Assembly: GCA_963575745.1 (NCBI GenBank)
Contig: CAUYUJ010000059.1
Span: forward strand, 496,001-560,000
DNA length: 64,000 nucleotides
DNA from: Prorocentrum cordatum
Taxonomy: Eukaryota
Direction: 5' to 3'
A program made the position numbers and the translations under genes. This document shows positions 13,755 through 26,408 of the stretch, one piece after another. Below the pieces are notes generated by a model. The model searched no databases, was not told the DNA's origin, and saw only the letters and a program-made list of their open reading frames with translations. How positions within the stretch are numbered: position 1 is the first letter of the stretch; each line of letters begins with the position of its first letter.

Positions 13755-14310
13755 CCCTGGGAGGCACTCTCTCGGCACCCTTTCGATACTTTCTTGGGTG
13801 CTCGGCATTACTTCTGGGATGTAGTCCTCAAGCACGATGGGGGCAACATTTTTTCGACACTCTTTCGACACTCTTCCTGGGAGACACTCTCTCGACACTT
13901 TTTTGGGTGCTCGACATTACTTCTGGGATGTAGTCCTCAAGCACGATAGGGGGCAACATAAGAGCAGGCACGTGCCGCACCGACGGCAGCCCCAAGCTCC
14001 ACGAGGCGCGCCGCGCCCACGGGCAGGCGAGGTCCCTGGGAGGCACTCTCTCGGCACCCTTTCGATACTTTCTTGGGTGCTCGAAATTACTTCTGGGATG
14101 TAGTCCTCAAGCACGATGGGGGCAGCATTTTTTCGACACTCTTTCGACACTCTTCCTGGGAGACACTCTCTCGACACTCTTTCGACACATTTCCTGGGTG
14201 CTCGAAATTACTTCTGGGATGTAGTCCTCAAGCTCGATGGGGGCAGCATTTTTTCGACACTCTTTCGACACTCTTCCTGGGAGACACTCTTTCGACACTC
14301 TTTCGACACT
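13755..14310. repeat. ~120-bp tandem units rich in TCGACACTC; related copy at ~12230-12430
   Basis: ATTACTTCTGGGATGTAGTCCTCAAGC recurs four times. Confidence 0.8.
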
Positions 14311-14774
14311 CGCGCAGGCGGTGGTCGGGATCGGATCGAGGCGCACCTTCCCCGGGGGGCACGAGCGCGGGAGGCGTCGAGGGCAGAAAAAAAGCGCCCC
14401 CGTCGGGCCCGTGCTGCTCGGCGGCGGAGGGCGCCGTGCTGATCGGCGGCGGAGGGCGAGGGAGGGGACGAGGGGCGAGCAGGCGGCGCGGCAGGGGGTC
14501 GAGCACGGGGAGGGAGGAGGGCAGAGGTGGTGTCGGGCCGGGCGAAAGGAGGGGATTGGGAAAGGGGGGATTACAAAATTTGCTGCATGCAGCTGGTTTC
14601 GGCCTCACCGGGGGGCCCATTCCTCGATACATAGCCGCCTCCGGCGCCGGGAGGCGCCGGGAAAGTCAGCTACGTGAGCTGGTTCTCGATCCCCCCCTTT
14701 GCTATCCCCCCCTTTCGCCCGACCCGACCCTGCCCTGGTTTACGAGAGGCGCTGTGCGCTGAAACTCGGGAGGG

Positions 14775-15685
14775 GAAAAAGCACACAGACACAATGAATC
14801 GTCGATGCCCAGGAAAATATACGAAAATATGGGAAGTGGGGGGGAAGACAAAAGCCCAGAACATATGGGAAAATATTGGGAATCTTTTTATTTGTGCGCA
14901 TTTATTTGTGTAATCTAGGGCCCCTTTAGAAACTCCTGGGGGCCGACAGGGTGAAAACCCTGCGTGACGTGCCGCGTCCTGGCGGCTCTAGGCTTTGGGG
15001 GGTCCCAGGAGGTTTACGGACCGCGCACTTGTAACCCAGGGTAGGGTCGTTTTTGTTGTCCCTGAAGTCAGGAGGAAAAGAAACACACAGACACAATGAA
15101 TCGTCGATTCCCCAGGAAAGTATGCGGAAATATGGGAAGTGGGGGGGGGGAAGACAAGAACCCAGAAAATATGGGAAAATGTTGGGATTTTTTATTTGTG
15201 TGCATTTATTTGTGTAATCTGGGGCCCCTTTAGAAACTCCCGGGGGCTGACGGGGCAACCCCTGCGTGATGTGCCGCGCCCTGGCGGCTCTATGCTTTGG
15301 GGGTTCCCAGGAGGTCTGCAGACCGCGCCCTTGCAGCCCAGGGCAGGGCCGTTTTTTCATCCCTGAATCAGGAGGAAAAGAAACACACAGACACAACGAA
15401 TCGTCGATCCCCCAGGAAAGTATGGGAAAATATGGGAAGCGGGGGGGGGAAGTCGAGAGCCCAGAAAAGAGGGGAAAAGAGTGGGGAAATCCTGCTATTT
15501 GTGTGTATTTGTTTGTGTAATCTGGGGCCCCTTGTTGTTGTATTTGTTTGTGTATCCTGTTATTTGTTTGTATTTGTTTGTGTTCGTCGATCCCCCAGAA
15601 AATATGCGAACATATGGGGAGTGGGGGGGGAGACAAGAACCCAGAAAATATGGGAAAATATTGGGAATCCTGTTATTTGTGTGCA
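14775..15685. repeat. ~300-bp tandem units; related copy at ~17860-18000
   Basis: CACACAGACACAATGAATCGTCGAT...AAATATGGGAA recurs. Confidence 0.75.
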
Positions 15686-15827
15686 TCAAGGAGGGGGAGA
15701 GGCGGGCAGACGGCGACGAGCGCGAACCGCGGGAGGCCAGGGCCGGCGGGGCAGGGCGGGCAGCCCGGCCGGGCGGCGCCTGCCCCCCGACCCCTCCCGA
15801 CGAGAGGTTCTCGGGAGGTCCTCCTCA

Positions 15828-16106
15828 CTCCTCCTCCTCCTCCTCCTCCCTCCTCCTCCTCCTCCTCCTCCTCCTCCTCCTCCTCCTCCTCCTCCTCCTC
15901 CTCCTCCTCCTCCTCCTCCTCCTCCTCCTCCTCCTCCTCCTCCTCCTCCTCCTCCTCCTCCTCCTCCTCTCCTCCTCCTCCTCCTCCTCCTCCTCCTCCT
16001 CCTCCTCCTCCTCCTCCTCCTCCTCCTCCTCCTCCTCCTCCTCCTCCTCCTCCTCCTCCTCCTCCTCCTCCTCCTCCTCCTCCTCCCCCTCCCCCTCCCC
16101 CTCCTC

Positions 16107-16130
<24 letters not shown>
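15828..16130. repeat. (CCT)n microsatellite (representative of many CCT/GGA tracts in the window)
   Basis: Others include ~1944-2057, 25915-26215, 40031-40290, 59840-60160 and 63246-63380. Confidence 0.95.
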
Positions 16131-16140
<10 letters not shown>

Positions 16141-17240
16141 AAAAAAAAGGAAGCACGCCAGGGAGGAGTCGGGCGGGGCTATACCCTGACCTCCCAGAGT
16201 GCTAAGAAGTAGCACTCCAGACCTCCAGATCTGTCTGTGCTGCCTCACACCTCGATAGGAATCAGGACGTCGACGTCCTGGTGCTATGTTTTAGCCCTCC
16301 TGGAAGGTCAGGGTAGGACTGGGGCAGATCTCGCCGGAGCGGTCTGGAGCGCTTTCAGGGCATGGCGGAGCGCTCTGGAGCCGTCGGGCGGGGCCAGGAC
16401 AGGGACAAGTCGCTCCAGAGCGTGGTGCTCTGAGAGGAGGCCGCGGCCCCGATGCATCTTCCGGAGCCTCCAGATCCCGGCGATCCCCGATGTTGTCCCT
16501 GCCCGAGTCTGCCCCTGTCCAGGCTTCTTCCGGAACTCAGGGGTGGACAGACCTCCTACCCTGACACGTCGATTTGCGAATTGGCCGTGTTCGGTTCGCG
16601 AGGGGGCGTCGCGGCCGTCATTTTTGCGGGTCCAGGTCCGCCGGTTTCGGTCCCAGGCCTTCTTCACTCAAGAGAGGTCTCTACAGGGAGGCTTGTCCAC
16701 CGCCGAGAATAGGCCGCGGCGCCCGACACACCCTTGCAAACGACCTGTCGGGGTCCGACGTTGCCCCTGTTCTGGCTTCTCCTGGAACGGCCGCGGCGCG
16801 GCCGCCGGGCCTCAGAGATCCCCGCGCTTTGCCCCGTGTCCGACTTTGCCCCGGCCGTGGCTTCGTCTGAAAGGGCCGCCGCGGGCCCGACCGGCCCTCC
16901 TCCGGTCCCAGGCCCCCGACGTCGTGATGTTTTCACGCCGTCGACCCCCAGAGGCCTGGACCCCTTCCCGGGGACCGGTTTTTCATCCGGAGCCGTTTTT
17001 CATACTGTTCCAGACCAGTCCAGACCGGTATTTCTTGAGTTTCGCACAGCTCCCGAAGAGGGACAATTTCGTTAACCTTAATGTTCTGTACCGTTCACCA
17101 CCGCCCAGAGTCTGAGGCAGGTATTCTGTGACATTTTCCTCTCGCCGGTGCAGAATGTGCGTCGCCCCCTTCCCCCCCCCAAAAAAAATTAGCTGTTTTT
17201 TCCTTGACGGTCCCGAGGCCCCGGAAGGACCCCCCTTGTG

Positions 17241-17401
17241 TTACGTCGGGCCTGTCCCCCTACAGAGGGATTTTCCACGAAAAATGCAAAAGATTCAAAA
17301 ACTAGTCCGAAAGAGCCAAAACATGCTCACAAAATAGTCCCTGGACTATTTTTTAAATTATTTTTGAATGCAACCCCTGTGGAGGGACAGGCCCGACTTA
17401 A
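17241..17401. mobile_element. TIR family A MITE, copy 4
   Basis: Termini TTACGTCGGGCCTGTCC / GGACAGGCCCGACTTAA; perfect 9-bp TSD CCCCTTGTG. Confidence 0.9.
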
Positions 17402-17514
17402 CCCCTTGTGGAGGCCGCCGCGCTCTGCCACGGCGCGAGGAGGTCTGAGACTGGGCCTGCAGGGGCCCGCCCTCGACCCCTCGCCGGCCCTCCTCCGAGC
17501 CTGGCCCCCTGCAG

Positions 17515-17690
17515 GAGGAGGCGCGCCAGGAGGCGCTGCGGCGGGCGCGGGAGGCCCACGAGGCGCGGCTGCGCGCCGCGCAGCGGGCGCGCGAGGAGGC
17601 CGAGGCGCGGCGCCGCGAGGAGGAGCGCCGGAGGCAGGCCGTCCAGGAGAGGCTGCGGCAGATCAGCCCCTGCCCGGCGGGGTTCACCTG
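17515..17690 (+). CDS. Penultimate exon of a gene with an E/R/A coiled coil followed by ISPCPAGFTW
   Basis: CTGCAG|GAG acceptor; EEARQEALRRAREAHEARL...VQERLRQISPCPAGFT-TG, then GC donor at 17691. The 5' boundary is uncertain. Confidence 0.75.
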
Positions 17691-19011
17691 GCGCCCCCCC
17701 ATCGCGCGCGCGGCCTGGGGGGGGGGGGCAGAGAGAGAGGGGGAAGGAGGTGCACCTCGCTTGCACGCCCTCGAGGCGATCGAGGGCCCCCGAGAGAGGT
17801 GCAACGCAAGGGGCCCGCGTTGTCGCTGCCCCGGCCCATCGCCCAACTTCCAGGAGGGGACAAAAGCACACAGACACAATGAATCGGCGATCCCCAGAAA
17901 ACATGGGAAAATATATGGGAACTGGGGGGGGGGGAGACAAAAACCCCGAAAATATTGGAAAGTATGGGGGAGATGTTTCTTTGTGTGTATTTATTTGTGT
18001 GTCCCAGCTCCCCTTCACAACTCCCCCCCCCCTCCCCAAAGGGCGGAAGCTGGGAGAAAAAAAAAAACGGCACAAGCAGAGGCTGTCGCGAAGGTCCGCG
18101 CGGACTTCTGGGAGCGGCGCCCGCGGCCCCCCCCGCCCCCTCCCGCGCCTCTGGCGCCCGTCGGCGAAAGCCGCGCGGATATCCGGCAGGAGGAGCAGGA
18201 GGGGGAGGAGGAGGAGGAGGAGGAGGAGGAGGAGGAGGAGGAGGAGGAGGAGGAGGAGGAGGAGGAGGAGGAGGAGGAGGAGGAGGAGGGGGAAGGGGGG
18301 GAGGAGGAGGAGTAGGAGGAGTTGCGCCGTGTGGCCTCCCTCTACGGTGGGGCCGAAGTGTAAGATCTAGGTCAGCTCGGGGAGGGCTCTGGTGTCCTTC
18401 GTGCTCGTCGTAAAGGAGGACGGCGATGAATACATGACCGGGGGTCGTGTTCACGCGGCGGCGCCCAGGACGACGATTAGAAAAAACCGGCCGCGGGCTG
18501 GAAAACTATCTTTTTATCGTTCTCCTCCAGTGAGAAAATTATGCAGAAATAGCAGAAAACAGTTGTTTTAATCGTTCTCTCCCATTTTTTATTCATCGGC
18601 ATCCCGCGTTATGTTCTTGTGCATCCTGGGGGACGGTACCCTCGGTGATCTTATGATCTGGGGTGTCCGGGCCGGCGGAGGGTCTCGTGCTCGAGAGGGT
18701 GTGATGGTGTCTTCGGCCTGGCGGTACAGCATCCTGGCCCCCGAGCAGTCCGACCCCTCCTGCTGACCTTCGGGGTACTCCTACGGCCAGGCGGCGACAG
18801 GGCCGCCACGGAAGGCGACGGCCTGCCCCCGCCCGGGCCCCGGGGAGACCTGCTCCGCTCCCGGCCTCCCGGTGGCCCTCCGCGGGGCGTGAGGGGCCGA
18901 GGCATCGCCGGCGCATCGCCGCTGTATCGGCGGTGCGGCGCGACTCCTCCTCCCCCTCCTCCTCCTCCCCCTCCCCCTCCTCCTCCTCCTCCTCCTCCCC
19001 CTCCTCGTAGC

Positions 19012-19783
19012 AGCGGCGCACGACAGCCGTGATTCTCATCAGGGCCTCCACGGGCGCAGGCCACGACTACGAATACATATGAAGTTAAAGTAGCCCGCCC
19101 CTCCTCCTCCTCCTCCTCCTCCTCCTCCTCCTCCTCCCCCTCATCCTCCTCCTCCTCCTCCTCCTCCTCCCCCCTCCTCCTCCTCCTCCTCCTCCTCCTC
19201 CTCCTCCTCCTCCTCCTCCTCTCCTCCTCCTCCTCCTCCTCCTCCTCCTCCTCCCCCTCCTGCTCCTCATCTCCTCCTCCTCCTCCTCCTCCTGCTCCTC
19301 CTCCTCCTCCCCCTCCTCCTCCTCCTCCTCCTCCTCCTCCTCCTCCTCCTCCCCCTCCTCGTAGCAAAAAGTCGCACGGGAAAAAAACTTTACATGTGGA
19401 GAGTGGCTCCTACCAGAGGTGTGCCTGCCCTGTTTTTGTGTGCTTCTGGGGGTCGGAGTAGAATGGGATCGGAGGATCGAGCCGCATCGCCGGTGCATCG
19501 CCGATGCGGCTCGATGCGGGGCCCCATTAGCTTCACGCCGACGTCGCCGATGCATCGCCGATGTCGACGACGCATCGCCGGTGCATCACCGATGCATCGC
19601 TGGTGCATCGCCGATGTATCGGCGATGCGGCGCGACCCTCCGACCCCATCTGCCCCGACCCCATCTACAGTCGGCCCGGCTTAGTAGGTCGACCCTGCCA
19701 GATCAAGGGTGCCCTTGTATCCTGTGCCTCGTGACCCGTGCCTCCTGCATTCCTGCGGCACAGTGTGGCCCTCGGAAGGGTCT
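19012..19783. repeat. Dispersed ~0.7-kb repeat, copy 2
   Basis: Shares AGCGGCGCACGACAGCCGTG...GGCCCTCGGAAGGGTCTT with copy 1. Confidence 0.85.
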
Positions 19784-19947
19784 TGTGTCCTCTCGCGTGT
19801 CCTCTCGCGTGTCCGCGGGCCGTGAGGGGCAGTCAGGAAATGGCTCGGGGTGGCAAGCAAGATCCGCGCCCTGTCCCAGGGGCACGGGCCTGAGATCCCT
19901 CCGCTTAATTCGAGCCTGTCCCCCTACAGGGGGATTTTCGACGGAAA

Positions 19948-22241
19948 ATTACCCTGGCGACGTACCCAACCCCTGCGCAAACGCGGGGCGCAAATAGTTT
20001 AGGACACTTTATAAGGGGGGCGATGACGGAGCGAGGGTTACATATGTCTGCAGACGGAATTCGGGAGACTCGCAGGACACTGGCTTCAGGACAAGGACTA
20101 GATAAAGCTGATTAGTTGCAATCCCTGAGCAACCCTAGCCACTTCGAAAGCGGGGATCTCAGATCGCAGCCCCCCAGGGATGGCGAGGTCTAATTTGGCC
20201 CGTGGCGTCACTGTGCTGAGCCCCCCAGCAGGCCTCGATGATTTGGGCCCGAGTCGCGTTTCACAGATCGCAGCCCCCCAGGGATGGCGAGGTCTAATTT
20301 GCCGCGTGGCGTCACTGTGCTGGCCCCCCAGCAGGCCTCGAAAGTGGCGACAGTTTCACAGATCGCAGCCCCCCAGGGATGGCGAGGTCTAATTTGAATC
20401 CGCCCGTGGCGTCACTGTGCTGGGCCCCCCAGCAGGCCTCGAAAGTGGCGACAGTTTCACAGATCGCAGCCCCCCAGGGATGGCGAGGTCTAATTTGGGT
20501 CCGCCCGTGGCGTCACTGTGCTGGGCCCCCCCAGCAGGCCTCGAAAGTGGCGACAGTTTCACAGATCGCAGCCCCCCAGGGATGGCGAGGTCTAATTTGA
20601 ATCCGCCCGTGGCGTCACTGTGCTGGGCCCCCCAGCAGGCCTCGAAAGTGGCGACAGTTTCACAGATCGCAGCCCCCCAGGGATGGCGAGGTCTAATTTG
20701 GGTCCGCCCGTGGCGTCACTGTGCTGGGCCCCCCAGCAGGCCTCGAAAGTGGCGACAGTTTCACAGATCGCAGCCCCCCAGGGATGGCGAGGTCTAATTT
20801 GAATCCGCCCGAGGCGTCACTGTGCTGGGCCCCCCAGCAGGCCTCGAAAGTGGCGACAGTTTCACAGATCGCAGCCCCCCAGGGATGGCGAGGTCTAATT
20901 TTGAATCCGCCCGTGGCGTCACTGTGCTGGGCCCCCCAGCAGGCCTCGAAAGTACGACAGTTTTGCAGATCGCAGAATCCGCCCGTGGCGTCACTGTGCT
21001 GGCCCCCCCAGCAGGCCTCGAAAGTGGCGACAGTTTCACAGATCGCAGCCCCCCAGGGATGGCGAGGTCTAATTTTGAATCCGCCCGTGCGTCACTGTGC
21101 TGGGCCCCCAGCAGGCCTCGAAAGTGGCGACAGTTTCACAGATCGCAGCCCCCCAGGGATGGCGAGGTCTAATTTGAATCCGCCCGTGGCGCCACTGTGC
21201 TGGGCCCCCCAGCAGGCCTCGAAAGGGCGACAGTTTCACAGATCGCAGCCCCCCAGGGATGGCGAGGTCTAATTTGAATCCGCCCGTGGCGTCACTGTGC
21301 TGGGCCCCCCCAGCAGGCCTCGAAAGTGACGACAGTTTCACAGATCGCAGCCCCCCAGGGATGGCGAGGTCTAATTTGAATCCGCGCGTGGCGTCAGTGC
21401 TGGGCCCCCCAGCAGGCCTCGAAAGTGCGACAGTTTCACAGATCGCAGCCCCCCAGGGATGGCGAGGTCTAGTTTGAATCCGCCCGTGGCGTCACTGTGC
21501 TGGGCCCCCCAGCAGGCCTCGAAAGTGGCGACAGTTTCACAGATCGCAGCCCCCCAGCGATGGCGAGGTCTGATTTGAATCCGCCCGTGGCGTCACTGTG
21601 CTGGGCCCCCCAGCAGGCCTCGAAAGTAGCGACAGTTTTACAGATCGCAGAATCCGCCCGTGGCGTCACTGTGCTGGGCCCCCCAGCAGGCTTCGAAAGT
21701 GGCGACACTTTCACAAATCGCAGCCCCCCAGGGATGGCGAGGTCTAATTTGAATCCGCCCGTGGCGTCACTGTGCTGGGCCCCCCAGCAGGCTTCGAAAG
21801 TGGCGACAGTTTCACAGATCGCGGCCCCCGAGGGATGGCGAGGTCTAATTTGAATCCGCCCGTGGCGCCACTGTGCTGGACCCCCCAGCAGGCCTCGAAA
21901 GCGGCGACAGTTTCACAGATCGCAGCCCCCCAGGGATGGCGAGGTCTAATTTGAATCCGCCCGTGGCGTCACTGTGCTGAGCCCCCCAGCAGGCCCCGAA
22001 AGTGACGACAGATTCACAGATCGCAGCCCCCCAGGGATGGCGAGGTCTAATTTGAATCCGCCCGTGGCGTCACTGTGCTGGCCCCCCCCAGCAGGCCTCG
22101 AAAGTGGCGACAGTTTCACAGATCGCAGCCCCCCGCAGGCAAGACAGGAGGAGGTAAGAGGGAGGCGGGAAGGAAGGAAGGAGGAAGTGGAGAGCACACT
22201 GCTCTATTCAAAACGAATTCCCAACCAGGAGGGTTGGGAAT
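19948..22241 (-). mobile_element. Non-autonomous Helitron2/Helentron-like element with a ~101-bp tandem array (~19 units)
   Basis: Ends ATTACCCTGGCGACGTACCCAACC and hairpin CCCAACC..GGTTGGGAAT; array ~20160-22135. Confidence 0.65.
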
Positions 22242-22257
22242 AAAAGATACCCCAGAC

Positions 22258-23640
22258 ATTACCCTGGCGACGTACCCAACCCCTGCGCAAAAGCGGGGCG
22301 CAAATACTTTAGGATATTTATAAGGGGGCGATGACGGACCGAGGGTTACATATGTCTGCAGACGGAATTCGGGAGACTCGCAGGACACTGGCTACAGGAA
22401 GAGGACTTGATAAAGCTGATGAGTTACAATTCCTGAGCACTCCTAGCCACTTCGAAAACGGGGATCATAGCAGCCTCGAAAGTGGCGACAGTTTCACAGA
22501 TCGCAGCCCCCCCAGAGACGGCGAGGTCTAATTTGAATCCGCGCGTGGCCCTCACTGTGCTGGGCCCCCCAGCAGGCCTCGAAAATGGCGACCGTTTTAC
22601 AGATCGCACCCCCCCAGGGATGGCGAGGTCAATTTGAATCCGCACGTGGCCCTCACTGTGCTGGGCCCCCCAGCAGGCCTCGAAAATGGCGACAGTTTCA
22701 CAGATCGCAGCCCCCCAGGGATGGCGAAGTCTAATTTGAATCTGCCGTGGCCCTCACTGTGCTGGGCCCCCCAGCAGGCCTCGAAAATGGCGACAGTTTC
22801 ACAGATCGCACCCCCCCAGGGATGGCGAGGTCACATTTGAATCTGCGCGTCGCCCTCACTGTGCTGGGCCCCACAGCAGGCCTCGAAAATGGCGACAGTT
22901 TCACAGATCGCAGCCCCCTAGGGATGGCGAGGTCTAATTTGAATCTGCGCGTCGCCCTCACTGTGCTGGGCCCCCCAGCAGGCTTCGAAAATGGCGACGG
23001 TTTCACAGATCGCACCCCCCCAGGGATGGCGAGGTCTAATTTGGAATCTGCGCGTCGCCCTCACTGTGCTGAGCCCCCCAGCAGGCCTCGAAAATGGCGA
23101 CAGTTTCACAGATCGCAGCCCCCCCAGGGATGGCGAGGTCTAATTTGAACCTGCGCGTCGCCCTCAGTGTGCTGGGCCCCCCAGCAGGCCTCGAAAATGG
23201 CGACAGTTTCACAGATCGCAGCCCCCCAGGGATGGCGAGGTCTAATTGGAATCTGCGCGTCGCCCTCACTGTGCTGAGCCCCCCAGCAGGCCTCGAAAAT
23301 GGCGACAGTTTCACAGATCGCAGCCCCCCAAGGGATGGCGAGGTCTAATTTGAATCTGCGCGTCGCCCTCACTGTGCTGGGCCCCCCAGCAGGCCTCGAA
23401 AATGGCGACAGTTTCACAGATCGCAGCCCCCCAGGGATGGCGAGGTCTAATTTGAATCTGCGCGTCGCCCTCACTGTGCTGGCCCCCCCAGCAGGCCTCG
23501 AAAATGGCGGCTGTTTCACAGATCGCAGCCCCCCGCAGGCAAGACAGGAAGAGGCAGGGAGGGAGGAGGAGGAGGAAGGAAGGAGTGGAGACCACACTGC
23601 TCTATTCAAAACGAATACCCAACCAAGGAGGGTTGGGAAT
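22258..23640 (-). mobile_element. Second copy of the same element, with a variant ~101-bp array (~10 units)
   Basis: Same termini and same ~200-bp leader as 19948-22241. Confidence 0.65.
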
Positions 23641-23721
23641 AATCCAAAGATGGTCCAAAAATAGCATGGGGATTATTTGTTGATTATTGATTGACCTTTT
23701 TGGGGCATTTTTGGGGCAGTT

Positions 23722-24371
23722 CCCTACCTAGGCTCTGCTTAGAAGGGTTCTTACTCTGAGGCTTAAATGGCCTGGGCAGCGGAATGCGGCCCGAGCGGTT
23801 CCCCCGGCATCCGCCCCGCGGTTCCCCCGGCATCCGCCTCGCTTAGCTTAGCTTAGTTTTAGCTTAGCTTAGCTTAGCTTAGCTTAGCTTATCTCACCTT
23901 GGCTTAGCTTAGCCTAGCCTAGCTTAGCCTAGCTAAGCTTAGTTTATATCATATTAGTTTAGCTTAGCCTAGCTTAGCTTACCTTACCTTACCTTAGCTT
24001 AGCTTACCTTAGCTTAGCTTAGTTTAGCTTAGCGCAGCTTATATTAGCTTAGCGCTGCTGATCTCAGCTTAGCGTACCTTACCTTAGTTTAGCTTAGTCT
24101 AGCCTAGTTTAGCTGAGCCTAGCCTAGCCTAGCTTAGCTTAGCTTATATCATCTTAGCTTAGCTTAGCTTACCTTAGCTCAGCTTAGCGTAGCTCCGCTT
24201 TGCTTATCTCAGATTCGCTTAGCCTAGCCTAGCCTAGCTTAGCTAAGCTTAGCTTAGCTTAGCTTAGCTTAGCTTATCTCATCTTAGCTTAGACTGGCTT
24301 AGCTATCTTATATTAGCTTAGCTTAGCTTAGCTTGTGCTGCTTTCCAAGGGGCTCCAACTCCTAGGTAGGG
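23722..24371. repeat. (CTTAG)n pentamer satellite bounded by CCCTACCTAGG / CCTAGGTAGGG inverted repeats
   Basis: Read directly; 11-bp perfect inverted repeat at the ends. Confidence 0.8.
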
Positions 24372-24949
24372 TCGCACTGGGATGATTTCTATGCTTCGTC
24401 GACAGTCCCCCTGTAGGGGGACAGGCCCGACTTGACCCCGAGAGCCCTCATGCGCCGCCCACGGCCCGGCGCCCCCTGCGGAGCAGGGGCCGGGGCAGCG
24501 CCCCCACGGGGGGAGTCGGGGGCGCCGGGGCCGATGCTGAGCGGCGGCGTCCAAGATCTAAAACGACGCGAAGATCGGGACAAAATCGGATCGGGATAAC
24601 TCGAAATCTCTGAGAATCGGCGGGTTTGGAGGATGTATTGGGCGCCGCGGCCGCTCCAGAGCGTTCCGGAACGCTCTGAGAGCGCTCCAGAACGCTCTGG
24701 AGCGATTTATCCCGATCCTAGCCCTGTTTTAAAGATCTGGACGCCCGAAATGGGCGACAAACTTGAAAGGCTCACCGTGGCAACCAGACCCCAACACTGC
24801 GGGCTCTGATCAAATCGACAGCAGCCATGCCCATGATGAGGATACCCGAGGGCGACGTCAGCACCAACGCAAAGCCCATCGTGGCCCGAGCAGTAGTTGT
24901 TCAGGGGGCGGAGAAGTTGGCCATGGGGACCACCCAGAAGCCGCAGTTC

Positions 24950-25158
24950 TGGACGCCCGAGATGGGCACGGAAAGAATGGGTACAATGCCCAACAGCCGA
25001 TCTTTTTCATTCTGAACAGGACTCGCTGTCCACGCCGCCGCGGCCTGTGTCCGTGCGAGACAGGAGGCCGCCTGCCCAACAGCGGCCGCTGTTGGTTTGG
25101 GATAACATTTGCTGTTGGGCATCGTGCCCATTCTTTCCGTGCCCATTTCGGGCGTCCA
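24950..25158. mobile_element. MITE family C, copy 2
   Basis: Same TIRs and interior as 1606-1782. Confidence 0.8.
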
Positions 25159-26323
25159 AATCCAAGAGGGGGGCGAGGACCGCAGTCGCACCGAGGTATG
25201 AGATCGAGGTCGGTTCGGGGAGGGTGCCTTGATGTTCTTCGTGCTCGTCCGGGTGTTCTCGTGCATCCTGGGGAGGGTACCCCGGATGCACTGCGCGGCG
25301 TGGCCTGCGGAGGGTCTCGTGCTCTTGACGGATGTTCTTCTGGCCTAGGTCCGATTGCAGGGGAGAGTGGGTGTATCACGGCTGGGGGCCATGACATCGT
25401 CCCGATTCCACGGCCCCTTCTGCCTCTTTCAACACGTCTCGTCCGCGCACATGCTTCGGGCCATGGTGCGTTGCCCCTCCTCTTCCTGGCCCCTATCTCT
25501 GGTGCGCCCGACTTTGGAGCGGATTCCTTGCCGGGGAGAGGTGAGCTTCCGAGGGGGCCAGTTGACGCAACGGCGGCTCCCCCCTGGGGCCGCAGCGGCG
25601 AGAAGCGCCTGGGGTCCCAGAGATGACGAGAAGCGCCGGGGAGGGCCGCCACTGTCGCGACGGGCCTCCTGCCCGAAGTCGGGTCGGACGAAGGGGGGGC
25701 CTAGGGAAAGGGAGGGTATGCCCGAAATCTGGTGAGTGCAGTCGGTTTCGGCCCCACCGACCAGCGCATTCCGCGGTGCACGAGCGCCTCTGGCGCCGGG
25801 AGGCGCCGGGGAGAGCAGGCACGGGGCCTGCTCCGCTGCCCCCCTCCTGGGCCCAGAGGCGGCGGTAGTGGCGAGTGGCCCAGGGGAGCGGAGCAGGACA
25901 CGTATCCAGGAGCGCTCCTCCCCCTCCTCCCCCTCCTCCTTTCCCTCCTCCCCCTCCTCCCCCTCCTCCTCCTCCTCCTCCTCCTCCTCCTCCTCCTCCT
26001 CCTCCTCCGCCTCCTCCTCCCCCTCCTCCTCCTCCTCCTCCTCCTCCTCCTCCTCCTCCTCCTCTCCTCCTCCTCCTCCTCCTCCTCCTCCCCTCCTCCT
26101 CCTCCTCCTCCTCCTCCTCATCCTCTCCTCCTCCTCCTCCTCCTCCTCCTCCTCCTCCCTCCTCCTCCTCCTCCTCCCCCTCCTCCTCCTCCTCCTCTCT
26201 CCTCCTCCTCCTCCCCCAAGACGTCCCTGAAGAGGCCTCCCGATGGACCGTGTCTTCGGCGAGGCTCGCCGACGGGTGCGTCGGTGCCGACTCGCTGCCC
26301 CCCCCTCTCGTCCGACCCGAGAG

Positions 26324-26408
26324 GTACAAGAGCGGGGGCGGCTGGCGCTGCGGCGGGGGGTCGCACTTCGTCTCGGACGCCGAGCTGGGCAGGAGCTTCT
26401 CGTCCTGA
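26324..26408 (+). CDS. Last exon of the same gene (WYKSGGGWRCGGGSHFVSDAELGRSFSS*)
   Basis: GAGAG|G completes the Trp codon and yields a continuous CPxGFxW-x5-GWRCxGGSHFVS motif, which I recall from the C-terminus of CbbX/SpoVK-like AAA ATPases of fungi and protists. TGA at 26406-26408. Confidence 0.75.

Larger units (their letters stand above)
19905..24435. mobile_element. TIR family A copy 5, expanded by three nested insertions
   Basis: Left TIR at 19905, right TIR ending at 24435, MITE-like AT-rich interior resumes at 23641. No TSD recognisable. Confidence 0.6.

Noticed and set aside
15691..18200. Additional small exons (15691-15735 EGERRADGDER; ~18075-18200 AEAVAKVRADFW)
   Set aside because: Coding-like, but with no recognisable motif and no way to place them without transcripts.
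20160..23535. CRISPR array (also considered for 6630-9750, 31000-34650 and 45295-45440)
   Set aside because: Whole units are homologous, there are no unique spacers, no cas genes, and the context is eukaryotic.
23840..24335. Telomeric repeat
   Set aside because: The unit is CTTAG, not TTTAGGG, and it is internal to an element.
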